Source of the DNA: Nitrospinota bacterium
GTDB lineage: Bacteria > Nitrospinota_A > UBA7883 > JACRGQ01
DNA: 64,000 bases
NCBI GenBank assembly: GCA_016212275.1
Contig: JACRGR010000010.1
Location: 5,593-69,592, forward strand
Direction of reading: 5' to 3'
Position numbers and translations under genes: made by a program. Of this stretch, positions 44,399 through 54,231 are shown piece after piece (position 1 is the first letter of the stretch; each line of letters starts with the position of its first letter). The notes under the pieces were generated by a model, which did not search any database, was not told the origin of the DNA, and saw only the letters and a list, made by a program, of their open reading frames with translations.

Positions 44399-44427
44399 TT
44401 GACGGAACGCCTTTACAAGTTTATAAA
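44399..44427 (+). promoter_or_regulatory. Candidate sigma70-type promoter for gap-pgk (TTGACG-N17-TATAAA)
   Basis: TTGACGgaacgcctttacaagttTATAAA lies 39 nt upstream of the gap ATG, with GGGAG as the RBS. Confidence 0.4.
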
Positions 44428-44466
44428 GGAGGGACGGAATCAATTCATTTTAACGGGAGAAACCTC

Positions 44467-45474
44467 ATGGCAATTAAAGTGGCAATCAATGGATTCGGAC
44501 GCATCGGACGCAACATTCTCCGCGCCGCCCTTCACGACAAGGAAATAGACTTTGTCGCGGTGAACGACCTTACCGACCCCAAGACGCTGGGGCATCTTTT
44601 GAAATACGACTCCGTGCTGGGGAACCTGCCGGACGACGTGACGGTGGATGGGGACACCATCAAGGTGGCGGGCCGGAGCGTGAAAGTGTTCAGCGCGAAG
44701 GATCCGGCCACACTGCCGTGGAAAGACCTGGGAGTGGAGATCGTGGTGGAATCCACCGGCCACTTCACCAAGCGCGATGGCGCGGCCAAGCACCTGACCG
44801 CCGGCGCGAAAAAGGTCATCATCTCCGCCCCGGCCACGGACGAGGACGTGACAGTGGTGCTGGGCGTGAATGAAGACAAGTACGACGCGGCGAAACACCA
44901 TGTCGTCTCGAACGCTTCCTGCACCACCAACTGCCTCGCGCCGGTGGTGAAGGTCCTTATCGAGAGCTTCGGGTTCGTCAACGGTCAGATGACCACCATC
45001 CACTCATATACCAACGACCAGGTGGTGCTGGACTTCCCGCACAAGGACCTGCGCCGCGCCCGTGCCGCGGGGCTTTCCATGATCCCCACCACCACTGGCG
45101 CGGCCAAGGCGGTGGGGCTGGTACTCCCGCAGGTGAAGGGCAAGTTGGACGGGCTGTCCATCCGCGTGCCCACCCCGAACGTATCGCTGGTGGACCTCGT
45201 ATGCAACGTGGAAAAGGAAACGACCGCCGAAGAGGTGAACGCCGCGCTGAAAGCCGCCGCGAACGGCAAGCTGAAAGGGATATTGGCCTATTGCGAAATG
45301 CCGCTCGTTTCGTCCGATTTCAAGGGCGTCGCCGTCTCCAGCACCGTGGATTCGCTCTGCACGAAAGTGATAGACAAAAAGCTGGTGAAGGTGCTGGCCT
45401 GGTATGACAACGAGTGGGGCTATTCCAACCGCGTGAACGACCTGGCGAAATTCATGGCGAAAAAAGGGTTCTGA
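44467..45474 (+). CDS. gap: Type I glyceraldehyde-3-phosphate dehydrogenase
   Basis: [22 protein letters not shown]...[12 protein letters not shown]...[11 protein letters not shown]. Confidence 0.95.
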   Translation: MAIKVAINGFGRIGRNILRAALHDKEIDFVAVNDLTDPKTLGHLLKYDSVLGNLPDDVTVDGDTIKVAGRSVKVFSAKDPATLPWKDLGVEIVVESTGHFTKRDGAAKHLTAGAKKVIISAPATDEDVTVVLGVNEDKYDAAKHHVVSNASCTTNCLAPVVKVLIESFGFVNGQMTTIHSYTNDQVVLDFPHKDLRRARAAGLSMIPTTTGAAKAVGLVLPQVKGKLDGLSIRVPTPNVSLVDLVCNVEKETTAEEVNAALKAAANGKLKGILAYCEMPLVSSDFKGVAVSSTVDSLCTKVIDKKLVKVLAWYDNEWGYSNRVNDLAKFMAKKGF

Positions 45475-45477
45475 ACA

Positions 45478-46668
45478 ATGCTGAACAAGCTGTGCATCAA
45501 CAACATGGATGTCGCGGGGAAGCGGTGCTTCGTGCGCGTGGACTTCAACGTCCCGTTCGACGAGTTCCAGAAGATCACCGACGATACCCGCATCCGCGGG
45601 GCGCTTCCCACCATCAACGACCTCATTGACCGCGGCGCAAAGGTCATCCTGGCCTCGCACCTCGGCAGGCCGGATGGCGAGCGTAAAATGAAGTACAGCC
45701 TCCAGCTCGTCCAGCAACGGCTCGCGCGGCTTTTGAACCGCGAGGTGCGGTTCGCCACCGATTGCGTGGGGCCGGATGTGGAAAAGATGGCCGCGGAACT
45801 GAAGGCCGGTGACATCCTGTTGCTGGAAAACCTCCGCTTCCACAAGGAAGAAGAGGAGAACGACCCCGAATTTTCCAAACAGCTAGCGAATCTGGCCGAT
45901 GTCTATATCAACGACGCGTTTGGCACCGCGCACCGCGCCCACGCCAGCACCGAGGGGATCACCCACCATGTAAAGCAGGCGGGGTGCGGCTACCTGATGA
46001 AAAAGGAGATCGAGTATTTCAACCGCTCGGTGGCCAACCCGGTGCGTCCGGTGGTGGCCATCGTGGGCGGCGCGAAAGCCTCCACGAAGATAAAGGTCTT
46101 TATGAACCTGATAGACCGCGTGGACAAGATCATCGTGGGCGGCGGCCTTGCCTTCACGTTCTACAAGGCGTTGGGGTACAACGTCGGCAAGAACAAAGTG
46201 GAAGAGAACATGCTCCAGGCGGTCACGGAGATCAAACAAAAGGCGCGCGACAAAGGGGTGAAGTTCTACCTCCCCGTTGATTTCGTTGTGGCGGAAAAAC
46301 TGGACCCGCGCGCGACCACCAAGGTGGTGCCCGCCAAGGAAGTGCCGACCGACTGGGTGGCGCCGGACATCGGCCCTGCCAGCGTCATGTTGTTCAGCGA
46401 AGTTCTGCACGACGCGAAAACGATCATCTGGAACGGCCCGATGGGAGTGTTCGAGATGGACCAGTTCTCGCGCGGCACAATGGCGATGGTGCGCGCCGTG
46501 GCGAACGCCTACGCGCTGACCATCGCGGGTGGCGGCGATACCGACGTTGCCATCCACCGCGCGGGGGAATCGGACAAATTTTCGTTCATCTCCACCGGCG
46601 GCGGCGCGTTTTTGGAACTGCTGGAAGGAAAAACCCTCCCGGCCATCGCGGCCCTCACCGACGCCTGA
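45478..46668 (+). CDS. pgk: Phosphoglycerate kinase
   Basis: 396 aa: VRVDFNVP...ILASHLGRP...NDAFGTAHRAHAS...GGGDT...STGGGAFLE. Confidence 0.95.
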   Translation: MLNKLCINNMDVAGKRCFVRVDFNVPFDEFQKITDDTRIRGALPTINDLIDRGAKVILASHLGRPDGERKMKYSLQLVQQRLARLLNREVRFATDCVGPDVEKMAAELKAGDILLLENLRFHKEEEENDPEFSKQLANLADVYINDAFGTAHRAHASTEGITHHVKQAGCGYLMKKEIEYFNRSVANPVRPVVAIVGGAKASTKIKVFMNLIDRVDKIIVGGGLAFTFYKALGYNVGKNKVEENMLQAVTEIKQKARDKGVKFYLPVDFVVAEKLDPRATTKVVPAKEVPTDWVAPDIGPASVMLFSEVLHDAKTIIWNGPMGVFEMDQFSRGTMAMVRAVANAYALTIAGGGDTDVAIHRAGESDKFSFISTGGGAFLELLEGKTLPAIAALTDA

Positions 46669-46686
46669 AATAACCTGTTGGGGGCG

Positions 46687-46704
46687 CCTTTTCCGAAGAA
46701 AAGG
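46687..46704. terminator. Short hairpin between convergent pgk and rpe (CCTTTTC-cgaa-GAAAAGG)
   Basis: A perfect 7-bp stem with a 4-nt loop. There is no adjacent U-tract on either strand. Confidence 0.2.
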
Positions 46705-46721
46705 GTCACTCAATGGATATT

Positions 46722-47378
46722 TCAGATGTCTTGGAGCGTTTTTAGGCCTTTGATGACTTCCGTGTAGTTATCCGAGCCGAACACGGCGGAACCGGCCACC
46801 AGCACGGTCACACCGGCGGATACGATGCTCCGGCAGTTGTTCAGGCCAACGCCGCCGTCAATCTCCAGTTCGGCGCTGGAATCGGCTTCTTTGATCATGG
46901 TGCGCGCCTGTTCCGCTTTTTTCAGCGAATTTTGGATGAATGATTGTCCGCCAAACCCCGGGTTTACGGACATGATGAGGAGCAGGTCGATCTCCTGCAC
47001 GATATCGCGCAGGGTATCCACCGGCGTGGCCGGATTGATCGCCACGCCCGCCTCTTTGCCGAGCGAGCGGATGAGCGAAACGGTGCGGTGCAGGTGTGTG
47101 CATGCTTCCTGATGCACGGTGATGATGTCGGCCCCCGCTTTGGCGAATTCGGGAATGTACTGGTCGGGGTTCTCAATCATCAGGTGCACATCCAGCGTCA
47201 ACCGCGTGGCCTTGCGGAGGGAGGCGACCACCGGCGGCCCGATGGTGATGTTTGGCACGAAATGGCCGTCCATCACGTCCACATGTATCCAGTCGGCCCC
47301 CGCCTGTTCCACCGCCTTTATCTCTTCGCCCAAGCGGGAGAAGTCGGCGGAAAGGATGGACGGCGCTATCAACGGCAT
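46722..47378 (-). CDS. rpe: Ribulose-phosphate 3-epimerase
   Basis: MPLIAPSILSADFSRLGEEIKAVEQAGADWIHVDVMDGHFVPNITIGP...MSVNPGFGGQSF. Confidence 0.9.
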   Translation of the reverse strand: MPLIAPSILSADFSRLGEEIKAVEQAGADWIHVDVMDGHFVPNITIGPPVVASLRKATRLTLDVHLMIENPDQYIPEFAKAGADIITVHQEACTHLHRTVSLIRSLGKEAGVAINPATPVDTLRDIVQEIDLLLIMSVNPGFGGQSFIQNSLKKAEQARTMIKEADSSAELEIDGGVGLNNCRSIVSAGVTVLVAGSAVFGSDNYTEVIKGLKTLQDI

Positions 47379-47408
47379 TACGGGCGGCTCCTTGCTAACA
47401 TCGGATAG

Positions 47409-47436
47409 ATACTACCGCAAACCCCGCTTTTTGTAA
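47409..47436 (-). promoter_or_regulatory. Candidate promoter for rpe (TTACAA-N16-TAGTAT)
   Basis: The minus strand reads TTACAAaaagcggggtttgcggTAGTATctatccgatgttagcaAGGAGccgcccgtaATG. Confidence 0.3.
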
Positions 47437-47511
47437 GCGCAAAAATCTTCCCAAAATTTATTGCGGGCGGAAAATCGCCAAGGAAAAGAGAAAAAAGTTA
47501 AGTCGGGAATA

Positions 47512-48468
47512 TCAAAATTGTTTGAGTTCCGCCAGTCTGTCGTTCAGGTACACGCGCACCGTTGTGGGGCCGCTGGTCTCCACCATCAGTGCCACGGTAT
47601 CGCCGCCGTTGTGCAAGTGGTTGTAAATTTCCTTTTGCGCTCCAGCGTTTTCCTGCATGACCTTGACGGTCGCCTGTCCCGCGTTGGCGGGCAGGGTGAA
47701 GTTGTACAGTGTATAGGCGGCGGGCTTGCCCGCCGATTGCGAAAGCTTCAGGATGGTGAGCGATGCCAGGGTTCCGGCGGGGGAGGGCATTCCCGCGGGC
47801 GGAGTCTGGCCGATGACGGCGCCCGCCACGCCGTCGGGCCGGTTTTCAAACGAGACGGTTTTTACCTTGAGTCCGCTCCGTTCCATTTCGCGTTTCGCCT
47901 GGTCGGCGGACATTCCCGAAACGTCGGGGGAAAGGGCCACGCGTTCGGGCTTTCCCATGCTCACCAGCAGTTCCACCTGCTGAAGATCGCTGATATGGGC
48001 GGAGGCCGGTGGGAATTGGGCTATCACCTCTCCTTCCTCCACGCTCTCGGAGTGCGCCTTCCCCATCGCGGCGAGAGATACCCCCTTTTCGTGAAGAAGG
48101 TTCGTCGCCTGCCGTATCGAAAGTCCCGCAAGGGCTGGCATGTCGAATTCGCGCGGGCCTCGGCTGATGACCACGCGCACGTCGCGTCCGCGTTTGATGG
48201 AACCGCCGGCTTTCGGCATTTGGCTGATGATGGTGTTGCGCGGTTTTTCGTCGTCGTACTCCAGCGCGGCGATTTTCAGGTTCAGGCCCGCCTTGGTGAC
48301 TTTTTCCAGCGCGTTCACCACTTCATCCCCTTCTATGGAGGGGGTGGTCGCGTCCGCCGTGCCGCGGAGAGCGACTTGCATAACGATAAGGCCGCTAACG
48401 GTGCCCGCCGCCACTACCGCGCCGAGCAGGAGAAGGTAGCGGGCGAAAGTCTTCAATGAAGACTTCAT
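47512..48468 (-). CDS. Membrane-anchored protein with three PASTA domains (no kinase or PBP domain)
   Basis: 318 aa with an N-terminal TM. Three repeats of about 65 aa follow the PASTA pattern (for example FDMPALAGLSIRQATNLLHEKGVSL...GEVIAQFPPA...VELLVSMG). Confidence 0.7.
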   Translation of the reverse strand: MKSSLKTFARYLLLLGAVVAAGTVSGLIVMQVALRGTADATTPSIEGDEVVNALEKVTKAGLNLKIAALEYDDEKPRNTIISQMPKAGGSIKRGRDVRVVISRGPREFDMPALAGLSIRQATNLLHEKGVSLAAMGKAHSESVEEGEVIAQFPPASAHISDLQQVELLVSMGKPERVALSPDVSGMSADQAKREMERSGLKVKTVSFENRPDGVAGAVIGQTPPAGMPSPAGTLASLTILKLSQSAGKPAAYTLYNFTLPANAGQATVKVMQENAGAQKEIYNHLHNGGDTVALMVETSGPTTVRVYLNDRLAELKQF

Positions 48469-48957
48469 TTAATCCCGCAAATTCCCGGAAGGGGTGTAAG
48501 TGGCGCCGTTCCACGAGAATATCACCGCGTCCTTTACCGCGCCTTGGCACACCGAGATAACGATGTACACGGTGTCCGGGTAAACCGGCTCCCCGAACAT
48601 CACCGCGCCCGCGTGGTCCTCTTGCGAGAAGTAGCATTCGTGGTCGGGATGTGAATGATAGAAGGCCAGTAATTTTTTGCCTTCCTTTTGGGCTTTGCTG
48701 ACGAGGGTGAACACCTCTTTGGGGTCAACGAAGTAGCCGGTGCGCGCGTCCCGGGTAAACCGTCTGGGGTCCTCGCGGTGTACCTGGTCTTGCACGTTGG
48801 TCAGGGGGATGAGCTCCGCGTTTGCCGGATCGGCGCCGACGATTGCGCCGATGCACTCGCGCGGATACGCCTCCAGCGCGTGGGATCTCATTTGGGCGAT
48901 CTGTTGCGCGGTGAATGTCATGCCGGTATTTTCGGGCTTTGGCGTGTCTAAAAGCAA
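48469..48957 (-). CDS. Mov34/MPN/JAMM-family metalloprotease
   Basis: 162 aa with catalytic Glu (YPRECIG) and the JAMM motif FYHSHPDHECYFSQED. The start may be the ATG at 48921. The stop abuts the PASTA gene start. Confidence 0.75.
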   Translation of the reverse strand: MLLDTPKPENTGMTFTAQQIAQMRSHALEAYPRECIGAIVGADPANAELIPLTNVQDQVHREDPRRFTRDARTGYFVDPKEVFTLVSKAQKEGKKLLAFYHSHPDHECYFSQEDHAGAVMFGEPVYPDTVYIVISVCQGAVKDAVIFSWNGATYTPSGNLRD

Positions 48958-48963
48958 ATCCGC

Positions 48964-50361
48964 TTATTTTCTGTACAAGCCGGGGGAGGTGAGCCGCTTG
49001 GGATCGAGAATTTTTTTCAGCTCAGCTTGCGTCAATATCCCTTCTTCCAGCACCACTTGCGGCACCGTCATTTTTTCCTTGAGCGCCTTTTTGACCACCG
49101 CCGCCGCGCGGTCGTAGCCGATGACGGGGTTCAAAAAAGTGGCTATGCTGGGGCTTTCCATCGCGTACTTCCGGCATTGTTCCGCGTTCACCTCGATCCC
49201 CACTACGCATTTTTCGTCCAACACGCGGATAGCGGCGGAAAGGATATTTAGGGATTCCAGAAGGGCGTAGCCGGTGACCGGCATGGTGACGTTCAACTCC
49301 AGTTGCGCCGCCAGCGCCGCCAGCGTGATGGTCTGGTGGTTGCCGAACACCTTGAGGCAGGTCATGTTCGCCGCCTCGCAGATGGAGGGGTTTATCTTTC
49401 CCGGCATGATGGAGGAGCCGGGTTCCACGGCGGGAAGCCGAATTTCGTTGAACCCGGTCAGCGGGCCGGAAGCCATCAGCCGCAGGTCGTTGCAGATGCG
49501 CGCCACGTCCACCGCCAGCGTTTGCGCGGCGGCCGACAGGTCCGCCAGGTCGTTCGTGCCGTGGGTGGCCTCGATGCCGTTTTTGGTGACGCGGAATGTC
49601 AGCCCGGTCTCGCGGTTAAGGTGCTTGATGATGAGCGCGCGGAACCGCGGGTGGGTGTTGATGCCGGTGCCCACCGCGTTCCCTCCCACCCCCAGTTCGG
49701 ATATGTGCGGGATTTTCGATTTCAACCGCTCGACGTCCTTTTCTATCGCGTAAGCGAATGCGGAAAACACCTGCCCCATCCGAATGGGCACGGCGTCCTG
49801 CAAATGGGTCCTTCCCGACTTGATGATACGGTCGAACTTTCTTCCATTGCGCGCCAGCGTTTTGCGGAACGCCTCGGCAGACGCGATGAGCGCGAACAGG
49901 CGGGGAAGGGCGGCCACCCGGATGGATGATGGAAACACGTTGTTGGTGGACTGCCCCATGTTCACATGGTCGTTCGGATGCACCAGGCCGCGCGCTCCCC
50001 GCTTGCCGCCCAGCAATTCGTCGGCCCGGTTGGCGATCACCTCGTTCACGTTCATATTGGTGGAGGTGCCGGAGCCTGCCTGAAAAATATCGATCGGAAA
50101 TTGACCGGGAAATTTTCCCTCCGCCACTTCACGCGCCGCTTTCACGATGGCGTTTCCTTTGGTCATCGGCAAAAGACCCAGTTCCATATTCGCCTTGGCG
50201 CAGGCGAGTTTCAAAAGGGCGATGGCGCGGATCTGTTCCGGCGGCACCGTTAAGCCGCTGATAGGGAAGTTGTGGATGGAGCGGGTGGTATGCACCCCGT
50301 AGTATGCATCGGCGGGCACTTCCATTTGCCCCAGCGAATCGCTTTCGGTGCGGTATTTCAT
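48964..50361 (-). CDS. Fumarate-lyase superfamily enzyme (aspartate ammonia-lyase-like; class II fumarase not excluded)
   Basis: 465 aa with SS-loop GSSIMPGKINP. The N-terminus VPADAYYGVHTTRSIHNFPISG resembles aspartases (fumarases usually have WGAQTQRS). The CEA after the SS loop is more fumarase-like. Confidence 0.8.
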   Translation of the reverse strand: MKYRTESDSLGQMEVPADAYYGVHTTRSIHNFPISGLTVPPEQIRAIALLKLACAKANMELGLLPMTKGNAIVKAAREVAEGKFPGQFPIDIFQAGSGTSTNMNVNEVIANRADELLGGKRGARGLVHPNDHVNMGQSTNNVFPSSIRVAALPRLFALIASAEAFRKTLARNGRKFDRIIKSGRTHLQDAVPIRMGQVFSAFAYAIEKDVERLKSKIPHISELGVGGNAVGTGINTHPRFRALIIKHLNRETGLTFRVTKNGIEATHGTNDLADLSAAAQTLAVDVARICNDLRLMASGPLTGFNEIRLPAVEPGSSIMPGKINPSICEAANMTCLKVFGNHQTITLAALAAQLELNVTMPVTGYALLESLNILSAAIRVLDEKCVVGIEVNAEQCRKYAMESPSIATFLNPVIGYDRAAAVVKKALKEKMTVPQVVLEEGILTQAELKKILDPKRLTSPGLYRK

Positions 50362-51518
50362 TGCCGGTCCTCCTTTTTCCAGCGGCCCAGGTCGTGGCGC
50401 ACCACCACTTCGGTGATGATGCCATCGGCGAACAGCCGCTCTTTTATGCAGGCCGCGATGGCCTTCGCGTCGGATACATTAAGGTTATCGCCCGAATCGA
50501 GCGTCACCTCGGCCACGAGGCGCTGAAGGAAATAATGAATGACCACGCCGTCGGTCAGGCGCAGGGTAGGGAAGTCCGCCAGCGCGTCGTTCACGATCTT
50601 TTCCACCTGCGCCCTCCGGTCGCGGTACAGCCGCCCTTCGGTGTCGTCCTCGGCGTCAATGTGGATCATGGCGTCGGTCAGGTGCCGGGCCTTGCGCTTG
50701 AGTTCATGCCGCGCGGTTTCCGCTATGTTGTGCGCCTCGGAAATGCTGATGCGCGGTTCCACCTGGATGTGTATGTCCACGAAGGTGTCGCGCCCCGCCT
50801 TGCGGCTCCTCACGCCGTGGTAATGCACCACGCCGGGCGTTTGCGCGACGATCGTTTCTATTTCCATTAATTCTTCCGGCCCCAGTCCGGGATCCATCAG
50901 GTTTTGCATCGCGCCCCAGCCGATCTGCCCCCCCATGTGCAGGATCATCAGGCCAACGATCACCGCCGCCAGCGGGTCCATCGCGCGGTAGCCCATCATC
51001 GCGCCGCCGATGCCGACGAGCGCCGCGAGCGAGGAGAGGGAATCGGAGCGGTGGTGCCAGGCGTTGGCGATAACCGATTCGCTCCGCGCCTTATTGCCGA
51101 CGCGCAGGGTATAGACGAAAAGGAATTCCTTTATGACCAGCGAAACGGCGGCGCCCCAAACCGCGATGGAAGTGGGCGGCGTTATCTGGCCCGTTCCCAT
51201 GAAGTGTTTTTGTTCTTCCCACATGATCCCCGCGCCAACCGCCATGACGATGATGCCGATGATGGCGGTGCCGATGGTTTCCGCCTTTCCGTGTCCGTAA
51301 GGGTGGTCCTCATCCGGTTCGAGGTGGGAGACCTTGAGGGAGATGAAGGATACCGCGTCGGTGGCGAGGTCGGTGACGGAGTGCACGGCGTCGGCGATGA
51401 GCGCGGAGGAATTGCCCAGCGTGCCCGCGATGAATTTGGCGATGGCCAGCAGGATGTCGGAGGCCGTGCTGATGGCCGTGGCTTTGTAACCGAGCGCTAG
51501 GGTGGATTTGTCTTCCAT
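50358..51518 (-). CDS. Cation diffusion facilitator (CDF) family metal efflux transporter with extended C-terminus
   Basis: 386 aa with 6 TM segments and HSVTDL / HHRSDS metal-site motifs. It has a cytoplasmic CTD plus about 90 extra C-terminal residues. Confidence 0.85.
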   Translation of the reverse strand: MEDKSTLALGYKATAISTASDILLAIAKFIAGTLGNSSALIADAVHSVTDLATDAVSFISLKVSHLEPDEDHPYGHGKAETIGTAIIGIIVMAVGAGIMWEEQKHFMGTGQITPPTSIAVWGAAVSLVIKEFLFVYTLRVGNKARSESVIANAWHHRSDSLSSLAALVGIGGAMMGYRAMDPLAAVIVGLMILHMGGQIGWGAMQNLMDPGLGPEELMEIETIVAQTPGVVHYHGVRSRKAGRDTFVDIHIQVEPRISISEAHNIAETARHELKRKARHLTDAMIHIDAEDDTEGRLYRDRRAQVEKIVNDALADFPTLRLTDGVVIHYFLQRLVAEVTLDSGDNLNVSDAKAIAACIKERLFADGIITEVVVRHDLGRWKKEDRQ

Positions 51519-51673
51519 GTTGATTTTCCGTTAATTCCGGTGATGGAAACAGATTACCCCCGCCCGGCGAAAAAGGGAACCGCAAAATGTTCCTCCATTC
51601 GATTTTGGAAGATTGCTACGGCGCGATGTCCGCATCCGGGCGTGCGCCTTCTTCCCTCTTACTTTGGAGGGAT

Positions 51674-52117
51674 TTACTTTTTCCCCACCGCCGCGGTGTC
51701 GGTTCCCTTCATCTTGTCAAACGAGCGAAGCCCCGCGATGCCGAGCATACCGGTAATAAGGGTCATAAGGGTGCTGGAGTCAAGCGGCGCGGGCGGTTTT
51801 TCTATGGGCAACCACAGCAGGATGGGGTAAGCGACAAACTGGTAAAACAGCGAAAGCGCCCCGATCCAGCCGATGGCCGGCCGCCATCCCGCGACGAAGA
51901 TGTTGGCGCTCTTCGCTTCCTCTTTATTGACTTCCGTCTGGGCGATATTCAAGTCGGCGACAAGTTTCGATTCAAGGTAGTCGTACTCCCGTTGCGCTTT
52001 CATCAGTTCCGCCTGCTTTTCCAGGCGTTCCTCGTCGGATGTGAACAGGTTGTCGAGCGAGTCGCCCACCGCTTTTATCGTATCGCCGCCGCCGAACAGA
52101 CTTGCCAGGAAATTCAT
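51674..52117 (-). CDS. Putative three-TM holin (resembles the gene-transfer-agent-type 3TM holin family)
   Basis: 147 aa: MNFLASLFGGGDTIKAVGDSLDNLFTSDEERLEKQAEL..., followed by hydrophobic segments (AGWRPAIGWIGALSLFYQFVAYPILLWL, LMTLITGMLGIAGL). The ATG overlaps the muramidase stop (ATGA). The family call is from memory. Confidence 0.55.
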   Translation of the reverse strand: MNFLASLFGGGDTIKAVGDSLDNLFTSDEERLEKQAELMKAQREYDYLESKLVADLNIAQTEVNKEEAKSANIFVAGWRPAIGWIGALSLFYQFVAYPILLWLPIEKPPAPLDSSTLMTLITGMLGIAGLRSFDKMKGTDTAAVGKK

Positions 52118-52602
52118 ACCTTCCCCCCCAATGCCCGGTTTATCCAGCCAAGCAGAAACTGCTTTTGATCCTTATTGTTATTGCATATATAAGCGTACCG
52201 CGCGATCTTCGCGATGGTGTAATGGGCGATGAACAATTCCTCGTTCACGCTGTTTATAGCCGTCAGCGATTGGCCGCCGATCACGCCGTCGGCGGGTTGA
52301 ATGCCCAGCGCCAGTTGGGCCAGCTTGCCCCCGGTCACTGTGCCCATGTTTACGCAGGTGTCGAACATATTTTCCGCGATCACCTGTGATTTGATCTCAT
52401 CCCCCCGGATGCGGTCCCAATAATCCGTTTTGTATATCTCGCGCGCCCGTTGCTCGGTCAGGTTTTTAATGTCCTCTTTCGGGTACGCGCGCTGTGAAAT
52501 GCCGTATTTCGTGGCGCCCCCTTTGTCGGATGGATTGTCCGTGAACCGCGCCCCTCCCTCGTTGGCAAGGGTTTTCAAGATAGCACTGTTGAAATCAGCC
52601 AT
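52114..52602 (-). CDS. GH108-family N-acetylmuramidase with C-terminal peptidoglycan-binding (PG_binding_3-like) region
   Basis: MADFNSAILKTLANEGGARFTDNPSDKGGATKYGISQRAYP...IYKTDYWD. The EGG...D.GG.T..GI signature marks the GH108 family. The ATG at 52602 is preceded by GAGGGAGG. Confidence 0.75.
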   Translation of the reverse strand: MADFNSAILKTLANEGGARFTDNPSDKGGATKYGISQRAYPKEDIKNLTEQRAREIYKTDYWDRIRGDEIKSQVIAENMFDTCVNMGTVTGGKLAQLALGIQPADGVIGGQSLTAINSVNEELFIAHYTIAKIARYAYICNNNKDQKQFLLGWINRALGGKV

Positions 52603-52698
52603 GGAATAAACCTCCCTCAAGTTCTCCCGTTAGGCCGGATTATTACATGACAGAGATAATATTTCAACTGGCGCGCGCGCCGGTTTGACCGCCCGCGG

Positions 52699-54093
52699 TT
52701 AAGGCGTTGGGCCGTCGCTTTGAGGGTCGTTCATCCGGCTGTGCTTGCGCCCGTATAGCGCGTAGACCGCCAGCCCCACCAGCGTCCACACGCCGAAACG
52801 GAGCCAGGTGACGCCGGGCAGTCCCACCATGATGAAGATAAGCATGAGAAGGTTCAGCGGGAGCAGGATGCCCGCCAGCGGTATGGTGAACCGCGGGCTG
52901 GCGTCGTGATATTTGCGCACGGCGATGGCGGCCAGCCCCACCATGAAGTAGGCGAACAGCGTGCCGATGTTGATAAGCTCCGCGAGGACGCCCAGCGGCA
53001 CCATGCCCGCCATGAAGCTCAGCAGGGCGCCGCCGAGGATGGACGCCTTGTACGGCGTTTTCAGCGTGGGGTGTATGTCCGCCAGGTTCTTGAACAGCAG
53101 GCCGTCGCGCGCCAGCGCATAGCAGATGCGCGTGAAGCCTATCCCCATCACCATCATCACGCTGGTGATGGTGATGACCGCCCCCAGCGCGATGATGCTG
53201 GCGGCGAACGGCTCGCCGTTTTGGTACATGGCGAATGCCAGCGCGTCCGGCACGTCTAGCCGGTCATACGGCATCATGGCGCACAGCACCACCGCCACCA
53301 CGATGTACAGCGCGGTGCTGATGACCAGCGAAAGCACGAGTCCCAGCGGCACGGTGCGGGTGGGGTCTTTGGTCTCTTCCGCCACGGTGGATACCGCGTC
53401 GAACCCCAGATAGGCGAACACGATGAGCGAGGTCCCTTTCCACACGCCGTCCCACCCGAACGGGAGGAAGGGGGAAAGGTTTTCGAACTTCACATGCTTG
53501 ATCCCGTAATAGATGAACACGCCCAAGACCACGAACTTGATGGCGACGATAACGATATTGACCGACGCGCTTTCCTTTATGCCGATGGTCAGCAGGGCGA
53601 AGATGATGGCGACGGCGAGGAAGGCGCAGATGTCTATGTAGGTTCCCGAAGACGGATCGAACGAGCCGGAGAGCGCCTGCGGAATGACGAGGTGGAACTG
53701 TTCTTCGATGAAACGGCGGAAGTAGCCGCTCCACCCGACCGCGACCGCGGCGGTGGCGATGCCGTATTCGAGCAATAGTTCCCAGCCCACGATCCACGCG
53801 ATCCCTTCGCCGAGCGAGAGGTAGGTGTAGCTGTACGCGCTCCCGGAGATCGGGTAGGCGGAGCTGAGTTCCGCGTACACCAGCGCGGAAAGGCCGATGG
53901 CGACCGCCGCCACGAGGAACGAGACGATGACCCCCGGCCCGGCGAGCGTGGCCGCCGCCTTGCCGGTGATGACGAATATGCCCGCGCCGATAACGGCGCC
54001 GATGCCGAGCGCGGTGAGGTCTATCACGCCGAGCTTTCGCTCGAATTTCCCCTCCTGCGCGGAGTAATCCTTCTTCCGGAAGAAGTTTTTCAT
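52699..54093 (-). CDS. APC-superfamily amino acid permease (cationic amino acid transporter-like)
   Basis: 464 aa, 12 TM segments: LGVIDLTALGIGAVIGAGIFVITG...FAYLGFDAVSTVAEETKDP. Confidence 0.85.
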   Translation of the reverse strand: MKNFFRKKDYSAQEGKFERKLGVIDLTALGIGAVIGAGIFVITGKAAATLAGPGVIVSFLVAAVAIGLSALVYAELSSAYPISGSAYSYTYLSLGEGIAWIVGWELLLEYGIATAAVAVGWSGYFRRFIEEQFHLVIPQALSGSFDPSSGTYIDICAFLAVAIIFALLTIGIKESASVNIVIVAIKFVVLGVFIYYGIKHVKFENLSPFLPFGWDGVWKGTSLIVFAYLGFDAVSTVAEETKDPTRTVPLGLVLSLVISTALYIVVAVVLCAMMPYDRLDVPDALAFAMYQNGEPFAASIIALGAVITITSVMMVMGIGFTRICYALARDGLLFKNLADIHPTLKTPYKASILGGALLSFMAGMVPLGVLAELINIGTLFAYFMVGLAAIAVRKYHDASPRFTIPLAGILLPLNLLMLIFIMVGLPGVTWLRFGVWTLVGLAVYALYGRKHSRMNDPQSDGPTP

Positions 54094-54231
54094 GCCGAAG
54101 GGGAGTATACCATTTGCCGCCGTGGCGGGACAGGCCGCAAAAGGAGGGGTTGAACGTCTGTTGCGGGTTCTTCGAATACGTTTGCGAAAAGTGGAAAGAA
54201 TTTATTCCCGATAAACCGAATGGCTGAGCGG

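Noticed and set aside
50358-54093. Possibility that the muramidase-holin pair marks a prophage.
   Set aside because: The flanking genes are a CDF transporter and an amino acid permease. There are no structural, replication, integrase or repressor genes and no att-like repeats in the surrounding 10 kb on either side.
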